From Camelus ferus (taxonomy: Eukaryota): DNA of 64,000 bases. This document shows, piece after piece, positions 24,901-39,800 of this stretch; the first letter of the stretch is position 1; each line of letters begins with the position of its first letter. Where the stretch lies: positions 3,970,001 to 4,034,000 of the forward strand of contig NC_045696.1 in NCBI RefSeq assembly GCF_009834535.1, written 5' to 3'. A program made the position numbers and the translations under genes. Under the pieces are notes generated by a model. It was not told where the DNA came from, did no database searches, and saw only the letters and a list, made by a program, of their open reading frames with translations.

Positions 24901-27818
24901 GGAACGTGTGCTCTGTTCCGTTGATCTCTTTCTCCATTTTTGCACCAGCCTCACAGTGTTTTGGTTGCTACAGCGTTGTAGTAATTATGGGAATCAGGTA
25001 GTTTGAGCCTCCAGCTGTGTTCTTCCTTTTCAGTGTCATGTGCCGTTGTAGGCGTCTGTAGACTTTTTATGTTTACCTTGCTTGTTAATATGATTAGACT
25101 TGGAAAGATCACTTTGCTTTTTGTTTTCCACATATATTTGTCTTTTACTTAATTTCTTCTATCCTCTTTTGAATTAATCCTGCCTTCTTTTGAATTAATC
25201 AAGTTTTTGTGAGTGTGTGTGTGTGTGATTCCATCTTACCTCCCTTATGGACCTACTGAGTGTAATGGTGTCAGGGAACACATTGTGCGTCTTTAACATA
25301 TCAAATGTGCCTTCTGATGCTGCTCTGCTTCTTCACGTGCAACGTGAGAACCTTACATTAGCGTGCCTCCATTTCTGTCCTCTCACCGTTCATGCTGCTT
25401 TTATCATGACAGTTAATTTTACTAATATATTAAACCCCACTGTATATTGTCATTACTTTTGTTCAAATAGTGAAATGTCTTTTGAAGATATTTAAGTAAT
25501 AAAAAAGTACATTTGTCACTGCTTGTGATGTAAGTTTTTTGGTGTGGATTCAGATTTTACTCAACGGCCCTTTCCCTCCAGTTGACCATCCGTGTTGCCG
25601 TTCCCTGTAGGGCAGGTCCGCTGATGACGTAGTCACTGACCCGTGTGCGTCCAAAGCAGTGCTTCGTCACTTTCCTCCCGGGGAGATCTTTTTGCTCGGT
25701 GGGGAATCCTAGGTTGATGGTTTTCGTCAGCACTTTAAAAACGCTGTGCCACTGTCTTCCGACTTGCATTGTTTCCAGCGCGGAATCTGCTGTGAATCTC
25801 ACTTGTGCGCCTCTGCGTGTAACCTGTCATGTTCTGGCTGCTTCACACACTTTCCCTTTATCTCTGGCTTTGAGCAATTTGTCGGTCATGTGCCCCGATG
25901 TCACTTACTTTACGTTTTTTATGCTTCTGGTTCGTTGAGCTTTTTGGATCTTCAGGTCAATAATCTTCACCAGGCTTGGGTAAATTCTAGCTGTTATTTC
26001 TTCAAACAGTTATTTCTGTTTCAGTCCCACTCTCTTTGGGGAACCCGAATCACCTGTATATTTGAGGCTGATTGAATTGTCCCTCTCTGGAACATGACCT
26101 GCAGATATGACAAAAGTCTCCACCTGTCCTCCCCCAGGGGCCCGAGAACAACCTGTACAGCCAGTACGAGGAGAAGATTCGGCCGTGCATCGACCTCGTC
26201 GACTCCCTGCGGGCCCTGGGCGTGGAGCAGGACCTGGCCCTGCCCGCCATCGCCGTCATCGGGGACCAGAGCTCGGGCAAGAGCTCCGTGCTGGAGGCGC
26301 TGTCGGGGGTCGCCCTTCCCCGAGGCAGCGGTAAGCCCTTGGCCTCGTGTTCCTCCGCCGAGGCTGCCGCGACAGAGCACCTCAGAGGGCGGTGGAAGCG
26401 CGAGCGGCATAGGGCTCAGCGCTCTGGAAGCTGAGAGCCCGCGCGCGAGCTGGCGGCGGGGCGCTTTCTCCCGAGGCCTGTCTCCGCGGCTCACAGAGAG
26501 CCGTGTCCTCCTTGTGGCTTCACGTGGCCTCTTCTCTGCGTGCAGCCGTGTCTGGCTTCTCGTCCTCTTTTTATAAGGATGCCAGGCATGTTGCTAGGGC
26601 CCCACTTTAGGACCTCGTTTAATGTTAATGACTTCTTTAAGGAGAGACGCCCATCTCCAAGTACAGTCGCGCTGGGCGTGCGGGCTTCTACTGAGGACGT
26701 TGTGGGGGATGGAATTCAGGCAGTAACCCCCCCTCATCGCAGAGTGTGGACTGTCTGCAACCTGCAGGGTGGAGGGCTGGTGAAATGTATGTGGGACCCC
26801 AGCCTCGAATGCTCTGCATGTTGCTGCCTTTCCTGAGCCCCTTCCCAGGAGGTGACCCTCCGTCCGGGGGTAAAGGTTAGTGCTCTGGTTAGGGTGCTGC
26901 TTGAGCTACGAGGCCAAGGATCAGGGAGGCCTCGAGGGATGAAGGCCGACCTGGCTGGGTCTTGAAACACAGGTCAGATGTGAAGGCGGGTGGGACCTGG
27001 AGTTGTTAGCAAAGGGACGTTGTGAGGTGGCCTGGTGAGGGGAGTGGGCCTTCCCGATAGGAGCGGGCTGTGTGCGCCTGGGTGGTGGACGATGTCTGCA
27101 GACGTTTGGGGTTTCCCACTGCAGTTTGCCTCCTGAGCTGATGGAGACCGCGGGGTGGGGGAGCAGGAGGTCTAGCGTAGTGGCTTCATGCCTCAGTGAG
27201 CCAAACGCCACCTGAAATGCCCAGTCAAGATGCGCAATCTGGAGCCCCTCCAGAAGGAGCGCGGCGGGCTGTCAGAGGGTGCGAGCAGCAGGTGTGCAGT
27301 TTCAGCGGTCTCCCCAGATGACTGTACGGAACTCGGAGAGCCACTGATGTCAGGCCGCCGTACAGGACCGTGAAGAATATAGATCTGACGGGAGCGACCT
27401 CCTAGGTATTGTTACGAGATGTCCTCTGGTGCTGAAACTGAAAAAACTTGTGAACGAAGATGGATGGAGAGGCAAAGTCAGTTTCCGGGACTACGAGGCC
27501 GAGATTTCAGATCCTTTGCAAGTGGAAAAGGAAGTCAATCAAGGTAAGTGTCCCGTGTTCATCACTTATTTGAACATCTGGTCAACTGGGTGACCTGGGT
27601 GGGATCGCCCATCGGTGTTCCCACTCTCTCCTTTCTGGGCTTGTCCTGGTCCTTGGGGCACCCTTTCCTTTCCTTCCTCCTTTATATGAGGCCCCCAGCT
27701 CCCTTGTATGTTCTCTTCTTTTACTTTCATTGTGACCAGTGTTTTGACAGCGACCTGTATTCAATACTTTGTAATGGCTTCTACTGGAAAATAATAGGAA
27801 AAGGAATATACATATATA

Positions 27819-27860
<42 letters not shown>

Positions 27861-30800
27861 AATGAATCAGTACGCTATACACCAGAAATTAACACATTGT
27901 AAATTGACTATAATTCAATTTTTAATATTGGGGGAAAAATACCAGTGCCTTGGGCAGAATCTGATCTCAGTGATTTATTGCTTAGTATTTATGTAAGCAT
28001 CTGAACATAATGTCAGGTTTGAAGCTTGTGTTCTAATACGGAGGACTTCTCCTGTATTCAAGGGCTCCCCGACTGCACAGATATGATGGAAGAGGCATCA
28101 GGGTGCGGGGTGGGGGAATCCCCTTTCCTGTTAACTTGGTAAAAAGGCATTCCAAAATGCTGACTGCATCCTTGCTGAATCCCGCTCAGCACTGGAGGTT
28201 CTTTTCCCCCAGGAGCGTGATGTGAGCATTTGCACAGTCCTAGCTGCAGCAGATTTATGGCAGCTCCCAGTAAATGCAAACCACGGGGATTAGTTTACCA
28301 GTCTGAAACACCTGAAAGGAGAGCAGGTCCAGCAGATAGGGACAAAACAATGATGCACTTAGCTGCTGCTACGTGTAAGTGAGATGAGCACACAACTTTT
28401 CCTTACTGACTTTAATTTCTTCCTAGCATGTCACATAATTCAATTCCAGTCATTTGAGAAATGACATTAACTGATATCCAGCAGTAGGAAAGTGTGGGTC
28501 TGACTCATGTAAAGATGGAAGCACTGATGATCTTTTATTGGCTGTTCTGCAAAATTTAAATAAAGATATAATCAAATGTTACTGTGTGTTTTGGGGATTA
28601 CATTGCCTGCCTGGTGCAGAAAAGTCGAAATCACAGTGCGTATCAGTTAGCCCTTGCTGTGTAAGAAAACAAGCTCAAAGCCTTATGGCTTAGAAGGGTA
28701 CATTTCTTGTGATTCAGAGGGTCAGCCGGGCAGTTCTTTCCCTCTGGGCTATCTTGGCTGCGGCCAGCACTCTAGGACCGCCTCAGGCACTTATCCCAAG
28801 GCTGGGCTGGAATAACCAGGACTTGTATCCCTGTGGTCTGTTACCCTTCAGGAGGCTGGGCGGGGCTTTGTTACGTGGTGGTGGAGCAGTTCCAAGCAGC
28901 GAGCCCAATGTGTAAGCACCTGTGAATGTCTACTAGAATATGTTCTGTAATGTCCTATTAGCCAAAGAAAGTCACGTGATTGAGCCCAATTTGAAGGAGC
29001 AAACTCCCTGCATGGGACAAGTAGCAGTCACCCTGTGAAGCAGCAAGCTTCCCCGATGGGAGGGAATATGACACTATTTGTGCAAGCGAGTTACTAACAC
29101 AGGGGTTTAAAGAATGTTCCAGTTTTACTTCTCGCTCTTGTAGAAGTCTGAAGGTGGGCAGACCACAGGTGGTGTGGGGGTTCCAGGGTCAGGAACCCAG
29201 ACTCCCATCTGTTCTCTCTGTTCTGTGTAGCCTGCAGTCCCAAGGCTGCCTCGTGATTCAGTCAGCAAGTCTCCATTCGGGTCAGCTGGACATTGGCAAT
29301 GGCACATCGTATCTTAAGCACATTTTCTGGAGGTTGCACGTAGTGTCTTCACATCTGTCCCACAAGCCCCCCTGAATCTCATGACCACGTCTCCGGGAAA
29401 TAGATTTGAGGGAAAAACTCAGCAGATTGGCCGCACATACCACTGTTGTTATTGTTTCCATTCTGCGTCCTTGACTGCTAGGAATCATACCAAAAATACG
29501 TTCTCAGTGTAGACAGTGGTAATGTAGTGTTAGCTAACGATCTGACGAACTGGATTCATATCTTGAAATGTCATTACTCAGGAGGACGTGGCAAAATGAA
29601 ATCCCTCAAGGGACTCCCAGCAGCTAACGTTCATCTTGCCCGAGCCAAGCACATTCCCCTCTGTAATATTCGACGTCATGTTTCAGGAACCACCATGTAT
29701 TTTTATTTGCTTTAATTTTACTTGGTTGTTAAGTTCCTACTGCATCCATGGGGGCAGTTAGGTGTGACAGCAGAACTTACCGGCTCTGCTCAGGTTAGGA
29801 CTGGTGCCGCTGGGTGTCATCTTTAGAGATGTTTTCACTGGATCCCTCTGCAGACAATTCTAGCCAATGGCAGTGACAAAACCGAGTTATCTTTTGAAGC
29901 CCCGTTTTGCTCTAGAAAAGGGAATCTGCTCCAAACAGGCCTTATCCGTGAATCACAGCGGGTGGAGGTTGCTTTCAGAGGATTCGCTGTAATGAGAGAT
30001 TCCATCCTAAGCTCTATTCAGATTTTCTTGTTTGCTCTTCTCCAGCCCAGATTGCCATCGCTGGGGAAGGAGTGGGAATCAGCCATGAGCTGATTACTCT
30101 GGAGGTCAGCTCGCCTAACGTCCCGGATCTAACCCTGATAGATCTTCCCGGCATCACCAGGGTGGCCGTGGGCAATCAGCCACACGACATTGAATACCAG
30201 GTGAGACTTCAAGCTGCATCCTGGCCTGGGCACTCACGCATCAGTCAGATCAGGACTGAGTTTGAAGAGCGGGTGACAGGGGTTGTCATAGGGAAACCTA
30301 CGAAGTTTGTGATGGTCGAAATCTACTCCACCAGGATAGGAGGAAGCTTCTGTGGAAAGAGGGAAATAGGTAAAGTTGGAAGTGCATTTTGTGGTTTGTT
30401 TTTGCTGACAGTGACATGTTGTCACATACCTAAACTGGCACTTTTCAGGAAGGGGGTTCATGTGGGAAGGGACAGCATGGGCACAACTATAATGCTGCTT
30501 CTGACTCAGGGAACCTCATTCTGTGGAGTAAAGATTTCGGGAAATGCAAGCAGCTCTTCTGGCATCTTGTTTTTCATCGTGATCATCAGCTTTGAGGTCT
30601 GAGGAGATAATTAATGAGCTAAAACCTCACAGTTTTCCCTGACCTCAGAGCTCTCTTTCAGCCACAGAGAGCTCAGTTTCTCCGGCTTGGAAAGTGCCAC
30701 CAGGCTTGTGTCGCGGACTCATTTCTCTGTAGTTGCTTCTTTGGGGGAAATACCTCTGGGACAGGGAGGGCCTGAAGCTAGTACGAGGGAAGGACCTGTC

Positions 30801-33800
30801 TTAACTCTCATACCCTCTCATTTTCCAACAGATCAAGTCTCTCATCAGGAAGTACATCCAGAGGCAGGAGACGATCAACCTGGTGGTGGTCCCCTGTAAC
30901 GTGGACATCGCCACCACCGAGGCCCTGCGCATGGCTCAGGAGGTGGACCCCGATGGGGACAGGACCATAGGTAAGAAGAGGGAAGAGTCTAAACAGTGGT
31001 AGGCGGCTCGACAGCAGAAAAGCATCCGTTGAATGCAGTGGTTGTTTCTTGGCCCCCAGGCAGGTGGGGGACTGCACCCAGCAGGTGAGGAGCACTTGAG
31101 AACCCACTGAGGCCAGATGAAACGGGCCACATCTGACTCCTGTTGGCCGTGTGTTGGCTCGTGGTCCTTGTCTAGCTGCTTATACTAGGCCTGGTGGGCT
31201 CGGGGGGCAGAGCGAAATCAGGAAGCAGTTATATCCGTTGACAAGGCATTTGAAGCACTACAGCCCGAGTGTCCCGGACAGCTGAAAGGACACAGGAAGT
31301 GTGACGTGTCCATGCGCTGCTAGAGCCGTCAGCCTTAAAAAGGAAGGACGTTCTGACACGTGCGCCAGTGTGCATGGACCTTGAAGACATTAGGCTCAAC
31401 GAAATGAGCCAGTGCGAGCGCACAGACCCGTGGGACCCACTTTCATGGCGGATGGAGAGGAGTCAGGTTCAAAGAGACACAGTCGAGTGCGGGGAACGGG
31501 CGGGGGAGGAGGCAGCTGCTGGTGGAGACAGAGTCTCAGCTGTGGGAGCTGGAAGGTTTGGAGGCGGACAGGAGAGCGCGCTGCACCGCAGTGCGAGAAA
31601 GGCTTAGCGCCCTGAGCTGCTCACCTAAAAGCGGTTAGAATTGTCAATTTTATGTTTAAAACCTTGCATTTGGCTGTGAACAGTGGAGGACCTGAGTCCA
31701 GGGGCTGAAACAAATGGAGATTTATCCTCACACAGAAGAAGTAACCTGGGCAGAGGCCTCTCCCCTCTCTGCCCGTGGGTGGTGAGCCTTCAGGACCGGT
31801 CTCTCCTCCACCCTCAGCCGTGGTCCTGACTCCTCCCTCGTCCTGCCGCGCACCAGGCCCGGGGCGAGAGTCTCTCGGCCAGGGCAGCAGCTGCCAGTGG
31901 ACCCGGGAAACCTGAGGGTTCGATCTGTCCTGGCCTCACTAGCATTCAGCCTGGGCCGTCACCCAGGCCCAAAACCCGGAGGGGTCCACGCGTGCTGCAA
32001 GGCTGTGCCACTGCCGTCTTGTGGTACCCAACGTCTGAGCATGGGTCTCTGCGTTTTCCTTCTGCAGGGGGCCCCACAAATGATGTAGCTGGTCTTGGCC
32101 CGTCCTGTGTTTCTCAGAATGTGCGCCAGGCCCCACATGCATCAGAAATCACTGGAGAATTTGTAGAAACACAAGTCCCTGGCTCCCACTGAAAGTCTAA
32201 GGCTGATCCCTGGGGAGGGCCTGAGAGTCTGCATTACAGGGCTCACCTGAAGGCGGTTCAGCTGCCCGGGGAAGTGAGAGCAGTGTCGTAGACAGTGGCC
32301 TCTTCCACTGGTCGGAAGGGACTCAGAAAGGCCAGGAGATGCTGCCGTGTCTCTGGGTGATGTGTGCATGAGGAGAACCCACAGCCAGGTGTCCTCACAG
32401 CAGCAGGGACTCGCACCTTTGTCCTGCTGGCCCCATCGTCTGCCCTCCAGCAAGGGTGGGAGGAATCCGGGGACCAGGGGACCGTCCTCCCCAGGGCCGG
32501 GAGCTCTGCTCACTTCTCACTGTGGGAAGCTTTGGGCGCTCTCTAATCGGAGGTCTCTGGCCTGCAGGAATCTTGACAAAGCCTGATCTTGTGGACAAGG
32601 GCACTGAAGACAAGGTGGTGGACGTGGTACGAAACCTCATCTTCCACCTGAAGAAGGGCTACATGATTGTTAAGTGCCGGGGCCAGCAGGACATCCAGGC
32701 CCGGCTGAGCCTGGCCAAGGCCCTGCAGAGGGAGCAGGCCTTCTTTGAGGACCACACACATTTCAGGTACGTGCATCAGTGTCTTCCTGAGGCTAAAACA
32801 AAATCACGGACCTCCATCCTCAGGGGGGAGGATGGATGCCGTCCAAAAGCAGATACTGAGCGTAGTCGTGTGCGTTTGTTCCTGGACAGTAACCTCAGAA
32901 TTTGCTTTAAATTCTCAAGGAAGAATTGACAACATGTTGCAAAAGGCAAATTTAAAATTCAAAATAAGAAAGAGACTTTCTGCCATAATTTAAATAGTAT
33001 AGTTCTCAAACCAGACTATAAATGTAGGTGCAACAGAATAGGTGGAAAATCCAGAAATTGACTCAGATTGATATATTTGGTCTTGGATAAATGTGGCATT
33101 TCAAAGCCCTGGGCTACAGCAGTTTATCCATCAGTGGCTTTGAGATCATTGTGTAATATTTGGGAAAAATTTATTGTGCCCCTACTTAGTATGGGATACC
33201 AAAATAAATATCAATTGAAATTTAAAATTAAATACAAGAAAGACACCTTAAGCATCCCAGAGGAAAACAGAGGTGGAGAGTTTATAATCCCATATCTTGC
33301 TAACTGTATTGCCGAAAACAAAATTTTTTAAAAAGGAAAAAAGACTTTTAAATTGGTTAGATTTGAAATAATGAGAAGATGTTGAGTTGATGGTAAAGGA
33401 GGGGTGTGGGCCTTCACCTCTGCTACTGGGAGCATGTGCTGTGGTCACATGCGAGCCAGTCTGAGCAGGTGTATCCTCGAGGCTGAGTTCTACTTCTGGG
33501 AATTCTACCCAGGAAAATACAGGGATGTGTGTAGTCCTGTAGGCTAAAGGGTGTTCGGCACAGATTTGTTTTTAATCATGAAAATTTGGAATCTAAACGT
33601 TGGAAATCGTGGGGTTTGTATACATGAACCAGAGTAAGAGACTGCAGACTTTGCAAGCATTCGAGAGCTGTGTCAATCAGATGCCAACACAAAGGTGCAT
33701 ATAGATGCTGAGAACAAAGGGACACAGTCACTGAGAGCCCTTGTGTGCAGACATGCACTCGTGGGTGGAGACCCACGTGCTTTGTCACCGCATCACACTG

Positions 33801-36800
33801 AACTCCCCCAGAAGCCTGCAGAGACACGTGCTTCAGAAGAGACACCTGTGCACTCGTGTTCGCAGCAGCGTTCTTCACAATAGCTACCGCGTACAAACCA
33901 CCTGCGTGTCCGCTGACAGATGCCTGGAGAAACAAAATGTGGTCCATCCAGACAGTGGACTCGGCCTGAAAAAGGAAGGAAATTCTGACACAGGCTGTGA
34001 CACAGATGAACCTGGGGGACAGTGTGCTCAGTGAAATAAGCCAGTCACAAAAACACAAGCCCTGTATGATTCCATCACACGAGGTCCCTGGAGGAGTCAG
34101 CGTCACAGAGACAGAGAGTGGAAGGATGGTTCCCCGGGTCTGGGGGCTGGAGGTGGGGAGCTGCTGCTGATGGGTCAGAGTTTCAGTTGGGGAAGAAGAT
34201 TTGGTTCTGGAGGTGGGTGGCGGTGATGGTCGCACAACAATGTAATTGCACTTAATACCCCTGAGTGTGCACCTACACGTGGTTAAATGGTGGATTTTAT
34301 GTTATGTATATGGTGGATTTTATGTTATGTATATTTTTACACAGTTTACAAAATCGACAGGGGTGGAAACTGAAAGGGAGGTGTCCGTGTACTACCACAA
34401 ATCTGCCTGAAAATTCACGCCTCCTGGCTTGAATCCTTCATCCTCAAAAGCCCTTTAAAATGGAGGAAGCCCTGTAACCGCTCAGCCGGTGAACACAGAT
34501 TTGAAAGCGTGAGAGGAGAGCTTGGCTTCCTCCCTCCCAGCGCCCGAGGTCTCAGTTCTCGTCCTGGGGAAGGTGCGCCCCCTCGTTCAGAGTGCACCCC
34601 ACACCTGTGTAAACACACGTCAGTACATTTTCATGAAGCCCGGGGCCGAGATGCATCGTGTACTCAGAAGGGCGTGCACGTTATGAACACACAGCTAGAG
34701 GACACTGTATCTTTATAAAGACCGGTTCTCTAGGCTGATGTCCTGAGTCAGAGTCAACGTCTCAGCTGGGCGGGATCATTCTATACCATTTTTGAAATAC
34801 CCAGCATCACTAAAATTCAGCCCTGGTTCCATGCGCCCCAGTTCTGAGCACTTCCTGGGCACTGGCAGCAGGACAGCGCACCCCGTGGGGAGGACCTGGA
34901 GTTGCCGTGGCTTCTCCCGGCAGCAGGGAGCAGGCTTGCGTCGTCCTGGCCGGACCCAGGTGGACGTGTTCGCTGTCTTCTCTTGCAGGGATCTTCTGGA
35001 GGAAGGGAGGGCCACGGTCCCCCGCCTGGCGGAGAAACTGACCGCAGAGCTCATCACACACATCTGTGTAAGCGCACGCAGAGCGGCCCGTTCTCTGAAT
35101 AGAGTCCCGCAGGCGCGAAGCTGGGCCGCGCTGGTCGCTCACTGCGACCTCCTGGGGGCCTTAGTGAGGCGCAGGGCACCCCGATGCGGCGTGGGCTCCC
35201 CAGGTGGTGCGGACGTTGCCCGTCAGAGGCCCACACGCTGAGTGGGATGCTGATGGTGCGGACGCACTTGGCCTGGGTGAAAACTAGACTCTCCGAGCAC
35301 GGCACCACCCGCTCCTTTCTCACTGCCAACCGCTGTCATGGCGTCGGGGTCGCTGTGACGGTCGTGTGGGCCACTTCTGAGATTTCTCTGTGGTCCTTTT
35401 CAAATCTGCCTGGACAGAGTCTCTTGCTTTTTCACATTTACAAACCTTTTATACGATGTCTTTGCTCGTATTTCTGTCTTTGTTTTCACGGGATGATTCC
35501 AACGTCGGCAGCCGGGTTCTCCCAGCCGTCCCCAAGGGACTTGGCTGGAGTTGGGACTGTGAGCCTCTCTTTCCTGGAACCTGGTCTGAGGGTGTGTGTG
35601 GGGGCCTAGGTTCAAAAGGGCTTCTGCAGGGAACACCGTGTTTGTTTCTGCCAGGCCCCGGGGAGGCCCTTTAGTGTTTCTGAATCACGTTAGATTTTCA
35701 GCCTGAGTTTGGGGACACTTTAGGGAGTGTGACGTTGAAAGTGTAGATGTGTTTGAGTGCTGGCTTGTGGTTACAGATTCCCAGGGGAGACTTTCTCTCC
35801 CCTCCTCCCAGCCCCGGCGTTCAGGCCAGGAGTGGGGCCGGACGGCAGGGGTGTTCCTTGCTGACCGTTACAGTGAGAGCGGAGCTGGCTGGGGTCCCGG
35901 CTGCATGCAGGACTCCCCACCTTCAGCAGCCCACTGGGCATTTAGCCCTTCCCCCGGCACCCTGGCACCTGAGTCACTGGGCACCCACTGTCACCTGGCC
36001 TTGGAGTTCTGTCTCTGACCTGCCCCCGCCAGCTCACTGACACATTTAAAGGGGTGCTTGTGACCCTCAGGCCAGCAGTTTGAGGTGTTTGCGGTTGGCG
36101 GGCAAGCCAGCAGGTGCAGTCACCATGTGATGAGAGACAGAAGTCCCTGATAACTTTTAATCGGTTAACAACAACCTACAAATGTTGAATTTCAAATTAT
36201 TCCGATGACCACTTTTTCAGGACCCACTAGACACACGGGTTTTGTTAGTCCCCCTGAGGACAGTTTATGCCACAGGCTCCCAGAGGGACGTGGTCCTTGT
36301 GTTGCTGTCACAGGACCTGGAGGCACGCAGCATGGCTCTGAGGCTGCTTCCATAGGAGCGGGCAGGGGGGAGGCCTGATGGGCAGCAGTTCCTGCTCCCA
36401 CGCCCCCCTCCTTTGGGAACATCTGCCTTCTAGAGGGGCCAGGAATGGAGCGCCCTGGGTCACTGTCCAGCACCTGCAAGGGAGCCCCGGGCCTCTGCTC
36501 ATCCCGCTCACATCTGTGTCTTCCCGTTGTTTTCTGTTCTCAGAAATCCCTGCCCCTGTTAGAAAATCAGATAAAGGAGAGTCACCAGAAAATATCAGAG
36601 GAGTTACAGAAGTGTGGCTCCGACATCCCGGAAGATGAAAGTGGAAAAATGTTCCTTCTGATAGAGGTGAGTGTTGCCAGGGGACCAAGCTGCAGACTCG
36701 TGCGTCACTGTGCGGAAAGGGGTCGTGTTCCTCGGGCACGTCTGTCTTCACTCCCCCAGAGCTAATCCAGGTCACTCTGCCCCTTTGGCACCAAAAAGGG

Positions 36801-39800
36801 GCCGGGCTTAGGGGACCATCCCACTGCTGCCATTGGCTCCTCATCAGGGGGACCCTTGAAGGCAGGGAGGGCGGGAGGGGGTCATCCGCTGCCAAAGCCT
36901 CTTCTCTCCCCTCTGCCCACGAGCCCCTCAGGCAGGAAAGAGGGACTCGCCCTCCGCTTCATGCATGCGACCCCCAGACCACCTTGCTCATATTTGGAGT
37001 ATCTGCCCTTATCCGTGTGTTTTTCTTCTTGACAGAAAATTGATGCGTTTAATAAGGAGATCACAGCTTTAATTCAAGGGGAGGAATGCGTGGGGGAGCA
37101 CAAGTCTCGGCTGTTTACCAGAATCCGAAGTGAGTTCAGCAAATGGAGTGCTGTGATCGAAAAACATTTCCAAAAAGGTGAGCCCAGGCAACAAGGGAGA
37201 CCTGGCAAGGGGGTCGAGCCCAGGGCGGGGTGGGGGTAGATGCCGTTGGTGAAGGCGTCCACGGTAAGGGGTCAGTAGTGGGAAAGTCTCATTTGCTGTT
37301 TCATATCCCTGAGTCTGGCCCGGAAGCCTCTAGTACCGATTTCAAAGGACACCCAGAGAGAAAACGCAGCCTCCCTGGCCCGTCTCCTTGGAGACGCTCA
37401 GAAGAGCAGCCCTCCGTCCGCAGAGAGCCCGTGGGCCTGGCGCGTGTGTGAGGCTCTTTGCGTTGCCAGTCGGGCTGCCCCTGAAACGGCCCCGATTCCC
37501 TCTCCCTTAACCTACCGAGGCCTTGAAGCCTGAGGCGTTTGGTGATAGATTTCACAGCCGCAGTGATGAAAGGCACAGAGAACAGCACGTGAGGTACCAG
37601 CCTCGCATCATCAAAGCCTCCAGAGTCTGAAAAAGGTAGACACTGTGATCTGAAGTTTACTTTTAATATTTCAAGACGCCTGAAGCAAATCATAGATCAG
37701 CCACTGAGGACAATATCAAGTAACTTTGCTTTTATTCAAACAACTTGGGGTGGCAGGTGTGTTCCTTATTGATTTCGGCTGACCCCAGGTTCAGATTGGC
37801 AGGCCTCCTGGGCTCTGAGTCAGGAACATGGGAAGATAAATCATGCAAGTTTCTACATAAAGCAGAGGTGACACCTTTGTTCCTTGCCAGAGGGCAGGGA
37901 GGGTAAGGAACAGTGCCCTTGAGGGAGAAAAGTCCGGAAAGCTCATTTCGGGGCAGTCACTTGCCCCATTTCCGTGGTCCCTGCGCTGTTTGCAGGAGCT
38001 AAATCCACCCGCGGAGAGAGGGCGGCTCGCTGCTGCGTGCTGTGCCCTCTCGTCAGCCGGGGGACCCCGTTCAAGGACGACGACAGCCCTTGACCTCCAG
38101 CGGTCCCCCGTGCACTGTCCAGCCAGGTTTTTATGGTGTAAGTGTGTAGGGCAGGCGGCCTGTGAGCTAGTGTCTCAGTTTTTAGATGCTAAACCCCTCC
38201 CAGCAACAATCAGTTACGTATCACTGGGCACCCAAATGCAAGAGAATTAACTGAAACCCCTAACTCACCCTCGAGGCAAAAGATAAACTCAAAATGGGTC
38301 AAAAACCAACAAGTATGGCTGAGACTGTAAAACTCTTAGAAGAAAACATAGGATTAGACCTTCGTGAGCAGGATTCGGCAGTAGTTCTCTTTTCTTCAGA
38401 CGGGACCCCTAAAAGAGGAGCAGCAAAAAAAAAAAAAGATCATTTGGATTCATCTGAATAGGAACCATTTGTGCATCAGAGAGCGCTAGCACGGAAGTGG
38501 AAAGACACCCACAGGTTGGGAGGGAACATTTACAAATTTTACATCTGACAAGTGTCATGTATTCAGAGTATATAAAAAGCTCTACAGCTCAAGCACAAAA
38601 AACAAACAATCCAGTTTAAGGATGATCAAAGGATTGGTGTAGACATCCTTCCAAACAAGAAGATGTGCCTGTGGCTAATAAGACCATGACAAGGTGCTCA
38701 AGCTCATTATCCAGCAGAGAAATGCAAAATCAACCCACAGCGGGACGCCACCTCACACTTGCTCGGATGCCTGTCAGCAAAACGTTGACAGGGAGTGTTG
38801 ACAAGAGTCTAGAGACGGCAGAACCCCCGCACCGCTGGAGGAAGAGTAATGGTGCAGCTGCTCTGGGAAGCTTTCCAGCAGTTCCTCCGGACGCTCAGCA
38901 TGTGCTGCCACATGACCAGCGGTTCCATTCGTAGGTACATCCTCCAGAGAATGGACGTGTGTGTTCACATAAATGCGTTCTGAATGTCCTTGTCAGCACT
39001 GTCCATAATGGCCAAGAAATGGAAACCACCCATATGTACATCAACTGATGAATGGATAAGCAAATTGTGGTCTGCTGGTACGTATCCATTTGCTAGGGCT
39101 GTCGTACCGAGGGTCTTAAGCAACAGAAGTTTAATTTCTCATAATGCTGGAGGCTGGACGTCCAAGATCAAGTGTCAACCAGTTCGGGTTCTTCTGAGGC
39201 CTCCTGTCTTGGCTTGCCGGTGGCGGCCCTCTCCCACTGTCCTCACGTGGTCACCCTTCTGGGTGTGTCTGTGTCCTGATCTCCTGCTGTTAGGACCAGT
39301 GTTACCGGTGAGGGCTCCCCTCCTGGTCTCATTTCACCTTCACTGCCTCTTTAAAGGCCCTGTGTCCCAGTACCATCCCATTCTGAGGCACCAGGAGATA
39401 GGTCTTCAACAAACGAGTTCTGGGGAGACAGAGTTCAGCTCTCAGTGGAACATTATTCACCCCTAGAAAGGCACGAGGGACTGGCCCGCGCTACACCTCG
39501 GATGAACCTGGAGTCTGTCAGGCCGAGTGAAAGCGGTCAGGCACAAAAAGCTGCATGCTGCATGGTTGCACTTATATGGACGTCCAGATGAGGCGAATCC
39601 ATAGACCTGGAAAGCTGATTAGTGGTTTCCAGGGGCTGGGGAGAGAGGGAAACGGGGAGGGACTGCTGGTCGGTACAGGGTTCCATCGCGGGATGGAGTC
39701 TTGGGGGATTAGACGGTCTCGATGGTTGCACCACTTTGTGACTATGCTGAAAACCGTACACCTTAATAGTGTGAATTTTATGGTTTGTGTATTGACCTCA

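Noticed and set aside
33576..34235. 219-aa minus-strand ORF (and its 233-aa copy at 57558-58259)
   Set aside because: Antisense reading of an L1 3' end.
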